Below the pieces are notes generated by a model. It was given only the letters and a program-made list of their open reading frames with translations. It had not been told where the DNA came from and did no database searches. The position numbers and the translations under genes are program-made. Positions 26,653 to 40,284 of a stretch of 64,000 bases of DNA are shown piece by piece. The DNA lies in NCBI GenBank assembly GCA_012295275.1, contig CM022677.1, positions 2,604,001 through 2,668,000 of the forward strand, given 5' to 3'. The stretch comes from Chrysomallon squamiferum (lineage: Eukaryota > Animalia > Mollusca). Position 1 is the stretch's first letter. Each line of letters begins with the position of its first letter.

Positions 26653-27190
26653 CAGTGATGCTGAAATTGAAGACATTACAACAGTTTCTTTTAAAAACAT
26701 CCGAAATCGATAACTTTGGAAAACATGTGAAATCTGAGAAAAGAATTAGCAAAAATACATTTTTAGGAAGAGGTTGCATAGAAGCAGACTTGAGAATTCA
26801 GAAAAGAATTGAAGCCATCACAGGTCTTTCAATGAAAGCTTCAGAACGACTGCAGGTAGCAAACTATGGAATAGGCGGCTACTTCACAGCTCATGCTGAC
26901 TATTTCCACAAAGCAGATTCTTGCCGTGGAAACAGAATTGCCACGTGGTTAAACTATTTGAGTGATGTAAAAGGAGGTGCCACAGTGTGTCTTCATCTTG
27001 GTGTAAGAATACAACCTAAAGCAGGTGCAGCTATATTTTGGTATAATTTATATCGGAATGGTTCACCTAACAAAATGACAATTCATGGAGCTTGTCCCGT
27101 TCTGATTGGCTCTAAATGGGTTGCCACGTACTGGATTCTAAAAAAGGGACAAGAATTCAAGCGGCCATGGTCCACAAATCCAGAAGAATA
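26653..27190 (+). pseudogene. P4HA: 5'-truncated intronless prolyl 4-hydroxylase alpha catalytic domain (retrocopy fragment)
   Basis: RIEAITGLSMKASERLQVANYGIGGYFTAHADYF...GNRIATWLNYLSDVKGGATV...GAAIFWYNL...TIHGACPVLIGSKWVA, with HxD...H and the 2-OG lysine intact. No introns, an A-tract at 27294-27318, and a 5' end fused to a repeat module. Confidence 0.93.
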
Positions 27191-28110
27191 AATGAAATAA
27201 AATGTAACTGTTAACGTGCGCAGGTCCTAGAAAGAGGTTTCTTGCTTACTGATTAATTTTTGGTTTGTAAATATTTTACATAGGCATTTATGTAAAAAAA
27301 AAAAAAAAAAAAAAAAAAGTATATTTAAAGTACTTCTTAGTGCATGTTATTGATTTCTTTTCTTTTCTTTTTTCTTGCTTAATTCCGCATTATTTTTCAA
27401 AGACGCCTGTTTGTGTAAGTGATTAGTCTCGTTCAAAATATAATGATTACGTCTTCTTGTCGCTTGAGTTTCTTCAACTTCTTAGAATCAGTGCAAATGT
27501 TACACTTTGTCTTTAGGTATAAGATACAACGACAGCAACAGTAAGAATATAACAAGAACAAACAAAAAATATACGAATGCGGACAAACCGATATAAACAT
27601 GCTTGCTGTTGTATTCTTTGTTCTTGATATTAAAATTAAAGATCGTGTTAACTGTAAACGGAGATATATTTTTAATGGGTGTCTATTTATTTATTTATTT
27701 ATTAAAAAATAATAATCAAAGATGCTGTATGTGATTATTTATAATAATAATTTCTAATAAAAGTAACTTTCTCTTAGGTCCGTATACTGTTTACTCTCAC
27801 GTAATTCAAGTATTTTGTTTTAATGAAACATCTCATCATTATTTCAACAAAGAGGGAAACGCCTTTATCAATTATTATTATTATTATATGATTATTACAT
27901 CAGTGACAGACCTAACACTTGATAGTCCCTTAAAAAGTATTAAACTTACCAGTTTCTACTTATTTCAGCCAAACGTCGACAAGTCTGTTTTGAGATGTAC
28001 TGAAATTTGTAATATCAATAGTTAAAGTCCGTTATTGATGTAAACTGCAGTACGTATATGTTGCATTAAACAATGAGGTCAAGAAACGAGTACTCTTATA
28101 TTAAAAACTG

Positions 28111-28200
<90 letters not shown>

Positions 28201-30545
28201 ATATCTAATATTTTATACACTTTACTTAATTAAAATGTGTAATGAAAATATTGTATAAAATTTCTCCCATTGATGTAACTGTATACAGTGGACTCTGAGA
28301 AAACCAGTCTTCGACTAATACAGATTTCTGAATAACCTGCACCATTTCAAAGTTTCATCGAGCCATCGGTAACCTGTTTTGAACAAAAACTAATCCACTC
28401 TCGATGATTCCGGGTGCAAATTTCACAACAACAGAAAAGTTTATACAGTAATTAGCACTGGCACACAATTTTCTAAGTATTGTCATTTCTTAAACACTGA
28501 TGGCAATTTGAACATAATTAGACTAGGGCGTGATATAAAATGATCGCTCTTCTTCGATGGCTTAACAAACAATGATATCAAGCTTCTTGTAATATAATAT
28601 GCAGCTAGATGAACAAGATTATTATTAGATTTGCACGTGTTTCCAGTGTAAACAAAAATATTTAGCTATACACACATATGTAGTGATTGTTACATGCAAC
28701 TGTAGAAAATCAGAGAAAACGTTGGTCTCAATGAATCATCCGGTTTTGACAGCGTCCACTGTATTTATTTTTATTGTTTATATTTTAATTATTTATCCCA
28801 TATTAATAGATACAGTATATTGTTTATATTGTATGAAAATTGATATTCCTGGAACGTACCTACACATTTACATTTATTACTCATTATACAGCTATATACG
28901 ACGTTTCGTTATCAGCGATTTTCTGTGGTGTGCAGTGACGTACACCGAGAACCCCACAAACAGAAGAAAGAAAGAAACTACAGCTGAAGAGAGATTACTC
29001 TCATATAATTTTTTATTTCGGGGGGAGGCGCAATTTCTCTTTTATTTGCGGTGTTTGTTATTTATGTTTTTTTCATTTAAATGTAGATTCTAAGAATCAC
29101 GAAGAGTTGACTTCTTTATATATACAGGTAATGGTAGAATATTACTTTCTTCAAATGTTTTTTTCTTTTTTTTTTTGTATTCTTTATATACTTTGGAGTA
29201 CATGTTTGTAATTTAGTTTGTAAAATGTTTCGTCGTCTGCTTTATGGAAAGTTTTCAAGGGCAGATAATCGAAAATGAATTATTAAACAATACGATGTAG
29301 AATCTTGTCACAAGACTCGAGTGTTTTTTTTTTTTTTTTTTTGAGAAATTTAGTGATCAGTCAGCAGAGTAATCAGTTATATTTTGCTTTTCATTTAAAT
29401 TATTATCAAATTATATTTAGTAGCTATGTAATAGTATTTTCAAAAATATAATTATCTTTTAAATTATATAACTTAAAAATAATGACAAAAAAAATAAAAA
29501 AAAAAAAAAAATGGAGATTAAAATTACACCAAAATATCAGTGATATGATTGATGTGAAGGAAGTAACGAATTTTTATCTGAATAAAATTTGCTTGGTATT
29601 TTTCCTTCATAATCTGTGGAAAAATCTGAGATTCATTTCAGTCATTTGGCAAACAGAACACTGAATACAGTTTCAAACAGTTTCAAACCAGTATACACGT
29701 GTTTTATATCGAAATGATGATTTCTAAAGCTCAACAGTATTTTTAAGCATGATGCAGAAATTAATAAATTTTAATTAATTGCACTAAATAACTCAGATGT
29801 ACCTTACAGTTTAATTATTAATTTTCCCAATTTAAGTAACCATTAATTCATTTATTTGTATGAAATTTGGCAGGCAATAAAGGAAACTATAAACTTGTCT
29901 GTCAATTCTCAATTGTTTATCAAAGTTCACATATCTAGAAACGAATATGAAAACGAAGCTGAATATATATAATCATCATATTTGATTTAATTTTAAATTA
30001 CTTTAATTAGAGGTTTCTCAGTGTTTAAAAAAAATTATTGATATATTCTTAATTACATAATTTGGTAAATTTGAATTTTAGATTAATCATGTAATTTCAT
30101 GTAGGGAGAGATGTAAATTGTGTTGCTGAATGTCATGTTACTGCAGTCATAAAACAAAGTATCACATTCTGACACTGAAAGGTGCACAGTTAATTTTCAG
30201 TAACATCAATACAATAATAAATCCAGTATTCATCTAGCACTTCACGCGTTTCTGTATAGTCTTATTATTGTTAATAATAAAATAACTTATTAAAGACCAT
30301 ACTTTTTCAGTATATAAAAAGGACATTTATTTTGTGAATATGAATTTGTAAGAAAAATGCCTTTTGTAAACTGTGAATGAAAAAAGGACTCAATATTTTT
30401 GCTGAAATGTAAGCTAACTAATAAAAACATGTTCCTTATATCAATTCAAGTCTTTTGTTTTATGATTTACACTCAGTGATCAAGTGGGTTAAGAGAATTT
30501 CCATTCGAAGAAATCACAGTTGTTTCCACATCAGTGTTTACAATA
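26653..30545 (+). repeat. Arm 1 of a long inverted duplication (arm 2 at ~49748-52782)
   Basis: Reverse-complement collinear match, also visible as the shared spurious ORFs 28683-29093(+) and 51429-51644(-). Arm 2 lacks ~27320-27420 and ~27667-28483. Confidence 0.95.
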
Positions 30546-32934
30546 ATGTGTTCAAAATTCATTGCATTTGTAACAGTTCATTCAAAGTTATCTTTAAAAT
30601 GTATTAATAATGAAAAACAAAGCAACAATAGAATATGAAAAAAAATATTTATTTTAATAAATATCAACATTAGTAATTATAACATCTAAACAACAAGTGT
30701 AAGTTAAATAGATATTTCTCTGTACAGAAAACAGCAGGTACAGATCTAGGGTGTGGTGTGTTAACATATTTGTGTGATGAGAAAATATCACAAACTGTTC
30801 TCTTGCTCCTCTACCATATAGCACTTTCCTTTTTTCGCCTGAAATAAAAAATAAACAGTTACCAAGTAAAAGTTCTCAAACAGATTGTTATAGAATTTTA
30901 TGTTATTTTAAAAGAATGAGAAAGAGAGACAAAGTGAGAAAGGTATAATGAGAGAGAGAAGATAATAAGGAAGATGATCAAAGAGAAAGAAAAAAACAAG
31001 TGAAACAGAAAAAGTACAAAAGCCCAACAACATTCAAAAAAAAAAAAATTTGAGTGAACTATTGAACACACACACACACACACACACACACAAATGTATA
31101 CACACATTTTTAACAGGTTTTAATGGTTACTCTTTAAACTAACAGGCTCAGAAATCACATCCTGGCCTTAAATAAATGATAACTGAGATTACCAAAAACA
31201 CTTCTTATTAAAAACACTTCAATGAAAACAACAAAGATAACGATACCTGAAAACAAAAATCTAATAAAAATATGATTTCCTTTATAAACTTTGGTCTGTG
31301 TATTTTATCAGAACATAAATATCAGTATCAGTCTGACAATTAAGAGCATATTTTATCATGTTATTGTTTATCAGAAAATGTTGAATAGAGTATTAAAAAA
31401 AATCATACAAACAGGATGGTAGAAAGTTTTATTTTCTATATCAGAACACTGGATAGAGACAACAATCATCAGTTAAGTAGTATGGTTGAAATTATCATTC
31501 TTTGTATCAGAAAATGTTCTATAGAGCATTTTTAAAATCATTTTCTATGAAGTAGAATTGACATTCATTCATTCATTTGTATAGTTTGTAAAAACAATGG
31601 TTATCCAAAATCTCACAGTTATTTAAAGATAAGCTTTCATCCTGTCCATTTTACAAAAAGAACTGACATAATTTTATGAGCACATGATACCAATACACAT
31701 AATTACAAACGAAAGAATTAATTTTTTAATTTTTTAAATTGTTATTTGTTACCATTATTTTATTATTTTTTATTTATTTATTTATTTATTGTTGTTATAT
31801 GTGAGCCTTTCAATGTGCATTAAGGAAAAAACAAACTACTTTCTTTAATCATAATTATGCAAATACACTTCATGAACAGGGAAATACCATGAAAGAAAGA
31901 AAGACAGTGAAAGAGAGAATCATAGATAGTGACAGAGAAATAAAACTATTATGAGTCTGAATCAATCAGTGTTATATAAAAAAAAAAACCAAGAATAAAC
32001 AATATAATTAATCTCATTAAGACAGATATTTAATAATAAAAAAAAAAATTAAAAAAATGTAGATTTAGAAATTAATGTAAAATTGACAAAAAAAAATTGG
32101 GTGCAAAAGTTGAGATATATATGTTAAGTGTAATGAGAAATGCTATTTCATGTTAATCATTTTATATTTATTAAGCTCTCTTGCTCCTCTCTCTTTCTCT
32201 CTCTCACACACACACACACACACACTACATTAATAACTATTTTCTCGTTCTTTTATTTGTAAATACATACATAGATTGTATTCAAACAAAATACATTTGT
32301 AAGTATGGGTGTGTATTTGTATAAAATCAGTGTATGTATGTGTAAAGAAAATAAAGTTAATAAAAATAATGTAGTTACAATAATATTTTAAAACTGTTTA
32401 TCCAAAAATTCACATATATATGTATATATATTCACACACACACATACACACACACAGAATACAACACATACAGATAAAGATATAGCTGTGAACTGTTATT
32501 ACTGCACTACTACATACTATATAATCACTCACCATGACCTTTCAACATGGCTGCAGTCAGAAGTTGACTGTTTCCTTTATCTGTGAGAATGGCTGGACAG
32601 TGCATCATATTACCCAGCATTCCTAGAGAAAGATAAATAAATAAATAAATGAGATGACAAATTTCAATAAATAAGAACCATATAAATGTTAAAATAAAAA
32701 ATAACTGTAACTGTTTACCAGGATGTCCTCCAAGTGCTGTCAGTTTAATCAGGAAGTTATTGAGTTTCCACCAGTATTCAAGATTTTAAATCAGAGTTGT
32801 GTCCCTTGGTGGTATAAACAAAGACTAATGGCAGATTCAATCTTGAGTATTTTGTACAAAACATTTAAACATATAAATTGATAACCAAATATTTCTTAGC
32901 ACACATCTGAGTAGTGACAATTATCACTATTGCT

Positions 32935-32995
<61 letters not shown>

Positions 32996-33062
32996 CTATC
33001 TGAGTAGTGACAATTATCACTTGCTGACACACACATTCACTCATGCACACATACACGGTTCT

Positions 33063-34358
33063 ATCCCATCTTGTGGAAGACATAAATAAATCACTAATCC
33101 CATTCACGGTACTCAAATAAGACAATGGACTAGGCCACAGGGTTGAGTGTTGTCCCATCCTGTCAAATCCTATTCAAAGTTCAAGCACTATATTCAGAGA
33201 TAGTATTATTCAAAGTTCAAGCTTTATATTCAGAGATAGTATTACTCAAAGTTCAAGTACTATATTTAGGGATACTGTGATCGATACACTATGATCAACT
33301 GAGTTACAAAGTTCAAGTTTCTCGAGATGTCCAACTGCATCGAGGTACTGGAGAAGTGTCTTGTATCCAGCCTACAACTGTCTCTTGAGACGTCCTAGCC
33401 GGAGCTGCACCTCCAAACTGGATCTGAATCCTTTTGGCCTGCTCTGCCTTCTCGATTCCTTGGATGAGGTCTACAAACTTGTAGATGTTGGGTGCTGGTG
33501 GGTTAGAGATCTGTTGAGCCTTGAATGGAACCCAGCAACAATGCAAACAGGAGAGGGAACAAAAGAATCCACGCACAATGTACAGTTGGTTCCACAAACC
33601 AGGGCAAGAGGAGAACGTCCTGTCCATGTAGATTGTCTCAGCTGTCTGTAGATCTCTGAGCTGATCATCAGTTGAGAACTCCACCATTTTGTCAGCATCT
33701 CCATCCGTGAACAAGAGCAAGCATCTTGTGTTTGTGTCCAGGGTGCTTGTAGGTGCAGCTCTTCTCTGGAGGCTGGGAGGATTGGGATGGTGGTTTCATG
33801 ATGATGGACAAGGTGCTCTTCACACTGTGGAAGGTAGGCAAGGCGGGAACGTCGTTGTCATCGTGGTGGACAACCTCATCGTTGTAGATCTGTTGTGTGA
33901 TCTCTCACCTGCTTGCAGATGTGCTCATGAAACGAATGGCAGTCAGGTTATCAGGTGGGTGATTAAATAAATAAAACAAAATACGAGATGCAATTGAAAA
34001 TGTTAAACAAGCCAGGGAGACTTGATCAACAGGCTAAACAAAACAATGTAAAACAAAGGAAGATTAACAAATTTTCTAACAAAGATAGCACAAGATTTGA
34101 TTGTTTTTAACTGACAGAGAAGATTTGATCAATAAAAAAAGGAAACAATTTGTTTTTCTAAACAAAGATTTCAGATTTGATTTTGGTTTTTAACTGACAG
34201 AAAGATCACAAAACAATTTTGTGACACAAAAAGAAATAAATAAGACACAAAACAAATAATACATTTACAGCATTGGATTAACCCATTCAGCAGCGAGGTA
34301 GGGTCAGGTTGTTATTTCTGTATTAATTTCTACAAAATGCGATTCGACAAGATGGGAT
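33063..34358 (-). mobile_element. Mutator-like (MULE) transposon remnant
   Basis: QIYNDEV...LPTFHSVKSTL...LLFTDGDADKMVEFSTDDQLRDLQTAETIYMDRTFSSCPGLWNQLY matches the MULE YMDGTF/QLY motifs. There is a 12-bp perfect inverted repeat ATCCCATCTTGT (33063-33074) / ACAAGATGGGAT (34347-34358) and an internal 36-bp x3 repeat at 33171-33275. The element is absent from the paralogous array at 17705-18490. Confidence 0.88.
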
Positions 34359-34760
34359 GACACACACACACACACACATCTGAATACACTATTATCTGAC
34401 AAGCAATTATCACTATTATCTGACACACAATTACACACACACATTACACATTATCTGACAAACAGTTATCACTATTGCTGACACACACACACACACACAC
34501 ACACACAAGCATTATCTGATACAGTTATCACTATTGCTGACACACACACTCACACACAAACACACTATTATCTGACAAGCAATTATCACTATTGCTGACA
34601 CACACACTCACACACACACACACTATTATCTGAGTAGTAGCAATTATCACTATTGCTGATACACTCACTCACTCTCAGGAATATAAAGATATGTAAAGCT
34701 AAAATTACAAAATTAATTATAAAAGGCAGAAAGAGACTCAGAGACAGAGTAAGAGATATA

Positions 34761-34795
<35 letters not shown>

Positions 34796-36026
34796 ATATA
34801 TATATGAAATTCAAGAAAATGAGAGAGTAAAAACAAAAAAATAAAGACATAATAATAAAAAACATATTTCTGGTGATAATATTTCTCTCCAGAATTAAAA
34901 AAAACATTTAAAAAAGTATTCTTTTTATAATTATAATAATTCCATTATCATATTAAAATATACCTAGACCAATAACCAGAAACAAACATGAACAAATAAA
35001 GAACAAAAAAAAAAATAACAAAAAATACCATAAACTGTAACTATGATAATAAAAATAAACATACAGATTATCAGATAAATGAAGAACACTGAATGGATGT
35101 TTGTTATGTTTCCACAAGGACTGCACAGACTGAGTTATTAACAAATCTGTAATCCAATTGGCTGAAAGCTTGATCTTGTGCACAGGATTTCTGGTTGCTT
35201 GACAGACAGGGTCAAGGTCTGTATCAGCCAATGAGATCCAACACTTAAAGCTGTCACATGACTGGTAGAGTTTCTAAAATTAGATTAATCAAGAAACTTG
35301 ATTTATAAACTGAATTTATATTTTAAGGAAGTTAGTGTTTATCTATGTGTGTTTATTTATATTCTTAATGCCGAAATAATCAAATTACATTAATTATTTA
35401 AAAACATTTCCAAAATTAAACTCAGTAACAGTTACTTTTAATAAATCAAATGGCTACTACTGACCACAAATGACTTTCACAGCATCTGTACCAGCTGTTC
35501 TCAACCCATCTAAGTTAATGGTTGCTAGCTGAGTCAGTGACATCAACAAAGGTAATTGTCCAAAAGTACTAGAGTTTAGTTCTGCTTTTCTTAAACTGAC
35601 ATGTTTCAAGTTTGTAAATTTCTCTGTGGACAGTTTCTTTGTATTCTGTCAGCTTTGTTCATGCCTTATGTGAGCCTTTCAACAGAACTCTGAATTGCTT
35701 CATCTTAATAAAAAATAAAAAAAATAAAAATAAAAAAGCATTCATCTTTCATATACATACTGAAACACACATAGAAAAAGCTAGCAAATACACATACATA
35801 GACACACATAGACAGACAGACAGAAACTCAGAAACAAAAACACCAACTAACCCTAAATACCAACAACAGATGACAAATACACTGAGATGCCAAACACAGA
35901 CACAAATAGAATGACACAGAATGAATGAGAAAGAAAGAGAGAGTGTTAAGTATAATGAGGTTGATAATTATGGATAAAGAAAAAATAGAAAAGAAAAATA
36001 TACAGAGAGAAAGTATGTGCAGGAGT

Positions 36027-36123
<97 letters not shown>

Positions 36124-37001
36124 AAAGGAAACAAACGGTTTTTATATATTTAGTACACATACCTAATAAACAACTGGAGTTCAGACTTAATTCCTGCAGA
36201 GAACTTGTGTCTGGTTTGGTTTCTGGAATATCTGAAGTAAATGAAAACAAGTATATAGAGAGACAGGAATATAGACAGATTCTCAGAAAGAAATACAGAT
36301 TCTCAGATAAGTATATAGTAAATAGAGACATAGGTTATATAGACAGATTCTCAGAAAGACAAACATATTAATCTGAACATTTTCAAGGAAAGAAACACAT
36401 ACAGACAAACAGAAAAGCAGAGAGAGATAGAAATAAAATAAATAAATAGGGAGGCAGACTGAAAGAGAAACAGACAGATAGACTAAGACATATTTACATA
36501 CATAATTACCTGAATATTTTTTAAACATTTTAAAACCTGACTTAAGTGGTAAAGCTTGTAGCAGTTTAAGTCTTGGTCTGGCTGCTTTCAACAAAAACTC
36601 CAGTTTCACAACAAGATTAGTCAGTTGAGTCAAACTTTTTCTGCGTGTGTGGATGCATATCTTCCATGCTGTCACCATTACTGAAAGAAAGTTTTGAAAC
36701 TAATTTATTTTCTTTTGTCAGAGTTGTTTCAGCACTTTGTTCACTTTCTTTCTTAGACATTATTTTTACTGAAAAACCTCTGGCCGTTGCCAGTAATGGG
36801 TGATGGTGTTTCTGGTTTCTTTTCTAGTGTGTCTGGATGTTTCTTGGCACTAGAGTTTGAGTTTTCAGTGGTTGGTGTGGTGATGTCAGTTTGTCTCAGG
36901 TCTAATGGTGGTACTGGTGTTGTTGGTGCTGACTGCCGTTTCATTTTCAATGATTTGAAACCCATGTCAGTTCTGTGGAAATAAAAAATAAATAGAAAGA
37001 A

Positions 37002-37046
<45 letters not shown>

Positions 37047-38672
37047 AATATATATATAACAAGAAACATGAAGAAGAAATATAATAATAAAAAGAATTAT
37101 AACTAGCTTGTAAAAAAATAATAATAACAATAATAATAATAATAAAAAAATAAATAATAAAATAAAATAATTTGAATTATTAGAATGTAGAAAAATAACT
37201 AGAAAGATTAAGATGCAGTTAAGAGATTGAAACTAAATAAACAAAAAATAAATAAATAAATAAATTAATTAATTAGTAAATCAAAATTTAAATTAAAATT
37301 ATATTAATAAAATAAAATAAATACATATAAATACATATACATACAATAATAATAATAATTCTAATTCTTCAAATAAAATGAGCAGGATAACAAAATTCCA
37401 AAAATGGGTCTTACAACATTTTCAACTGAAGTGCTGGCTAAAGCAGCTTGAATCTGTTGTCTAGGATCCTACAACAAAATATAATATTCATTAATAAACT
37501 AAACATAAAATACAGTGCAAGTAGCATTTTACATTATTCAGATAGTTGTAAATTCTGTAAATGAAATATTGAAATAAATTCAAAATATCTGTTTATTGTT
37601 TAATTATTCTATAATATAAGATAAGAGTGTAATGTGTGTGTTTTTTTGATTCATTAAATTATTACCCTTTCACATTGTTAAGAATCCATGTTTTGATGAT
37701 CTTCTTGTAAAAGTTCTTTTCACAAAAGGATCAACACCTTTTGGATCCAGCATGTTCTTCAGGCTGAAACTTAAGTAACAACAAAAGTTAATGTATTAGG
37801 AAAGGAAAGATGTGTAAAGGAATTAAATCAAAATATTGATAACTAGGACAGTATATTTACATTGTAAAAAGATGCTTTACAAAATATTAAATCAACTGGT
37901 CTGGTAAAGCACATTATTTTTTTGTTGATTTAATAAACATTTACTTCAAGCTGGTCACTAATTGCTAAAACAGACCAAATCTAAAATAATGAAAAAATAT
38001 TTCATTTAAGAACATACACAGCATGTTTTTTTTAATGATTTTTAATATCTTAAAAGGGAACTAACTACAGAGATAATGAAAAAGAAACCCTGTTTCTAAA
38101 ATATGAAGTGACACCCTTTTAAACAAGCAACTAAAAATATTTTTCTAAGGAAAAACCATAAAAAACCCACAAAAAAAAACATATACCATGTTATACATAT
38201 ATTAGGATGGATAATTAGCTAGACTGTTAATTAAACTTACATGTAGCAGATCCACATGTTCAAGATCAGGCACCATAAACATAAGCACTAAAAAAAAATA
38301 GTTTTGTATAAATGGAATAAAAAATATACATTATAACTTTAGAAATGTGCTGTTTAATGGTTCAATAAACCTAATGTAATTCACTGGCCTTAAAGTTCCA
38401 CCAAATCATTAACAACTGAATTTTAGAGAAATCATTAAATAAATATTTTATTATTTGAGTCATTTTTCACTTCTTAGACAGAGAAGTAATTTTATTCCTC
38501 AGATTATTTAGTGACAACATCTTTACTCACAATATAGAGATTGTTATTTATTGTCATCTTAGAATAGATGCATAAATGCCTCACAGGAAACAACATGCCC
38601 ACCTGTCTGTACATAATGTGTTTAAAAGAAAATTACAGTGTGAATATATTTGACTTAATTATTGCTAGTTAC

Positions 38673-38858
38673 CTGGACATAAGACATTTATTTTACATGC
38701 TTCTTGAAGATTCCTGTCATCTGTTCCTCAGTCTTTGCCTCCATTCTTAGGTGCAGAATTTGTTCATGTTCTTATCTCAAATCTTATTCTAGTGCCTCTA
38801 CCACATTTCACTACAACTACCCAGTCTCTGAAGTGACATGCAGACCAGAAACCACCAT
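38673..38858 (-). pseudogene. Disrupted paralog of the TSP1 exon
   Basis: DGGFWSA...QRLGSCSE.CGRGTRIRFEIRT*TNSAPKNGGKD*GTDDRNLQEACKINVLCP, with frameshifts and Cys-to-TGA stops. Confidence 0.85.
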
Positions 38859-40227
38859 CTGTAAGTGTGAAATTAAATAAATAAATATATAATAAATAAA
38901 TTAATTAATTAATTAATTAATTAATTTAAAATGACAATTAAATACTTTTTAATTGTTCTTGAAATCTAGTACTAAAATGATTTTCTTTCATGTAGAAGTT
39001 GAATGTCAGATTAACTTGCCTGCACAAAGCTTAGTGAGTGTTTCAGTTGTTCTGCCAGTACAGAATAGTCTGCTGCTGTCAATACATGAGTTGGTGAGGA
39101 TCCAATTCCAAGATATATTAATATCTTTAACACAGGTTATTGATCAGATATGCAAAATTAAATATGAATTAATGTTATACTGATCATGTTATAAGGCAGA
39201 ATAAAAAAAAATTTTATATCTCAAAAACTGTTTGTTTAACAAATATAAATTGTTTTTACAAGATAAATATATGTAATTATTTAAAATCACATAAAATTAA
39301 TTTTTAAATCTCTAATAATGCTTGCAGGAGGCACTGGATTGGAAAATGGATGAAAAACAAATAAAAAATAAATAAAGAAATGAATAGTTTAATTTATGTG
39401 TTTGTGTGTGTATGTGTGTTTTTGTATGCAAATGTGTACACCAACACACACACCAATGTAAACACAAACCATGGATTCATATATATTTTATTTATACTCA
39501 TCAATATTCAGTCCATTTTCAGAAGTTTACCTCTATCACACAGTGTGTGAGTGCATGCGTGCATGTGTATGTATATGTAGGCACAGATAGATAGATAGAT
39601 CAGATAAATCCTGAAGTCACTATCAATAATTGCAATATATGATCACTAGATAAGTTTCTATATTTTCAGTCAGTAAACAAAAACAATTACTTTTTTTAAT
39701 ATTTAATTTCCAGTTTAATCTTAAAAGCCCCTAGTGCTTGTACAAACTTCAGCCTGTGTTTATCAGTAGCTCCACCCATATGTGGGTGACTAAGGCAGGG
39801 GGGTGAATAGGATAAAACAAGAAAAGCAAACTGAAAAGAAGACAAAATGGATGTCACAAGCATATCACATAAAAAGAACAAGTTACATGATAAAAAAGCC
39901 TTTATTTTCTCAAATACAGACCAAATTAAATTAAAATTAAAAAAAAAAAAAATTAAAGATCTAAGAAAACAAAGCAAAAAACAACAAATCAAACAACAAA
40001 AAAGAAATTGTAAAACCCATGAAAATAAATAAATAAATAATTACTAAACTACAAATTATTAAAATGTGTATTTAATTACAAAGATTGGAATCAAAAGCAC
40101 ATTTTTAATAAAATGAAGTGAACCTATAATTTCTTTTACACTTGAATCACCATCCAGTCAGTTTTTTATTTTTAAAATAAGAGCTCCAAAATTGTTAAAA
40201 GAAAAACACACACAGTCATATACAAAA

Positions 40228-40284
<57 letters not shown>

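Noticed and set aside
28683-29093. 136-aa ORF also seen at 51429-51644
   Set aside because: It recurs only because of the inverted duplication, the frame is not conserved between the copies, and there is no recognisable domain.
35828-36371. ORFs with RE/SL dipeptide runs and other CV-, I- or L-rich ORFs in the track
   Set aside because: These are translations of GA, CA and TAA microsatellites or of AT-rich low-complexity introns.
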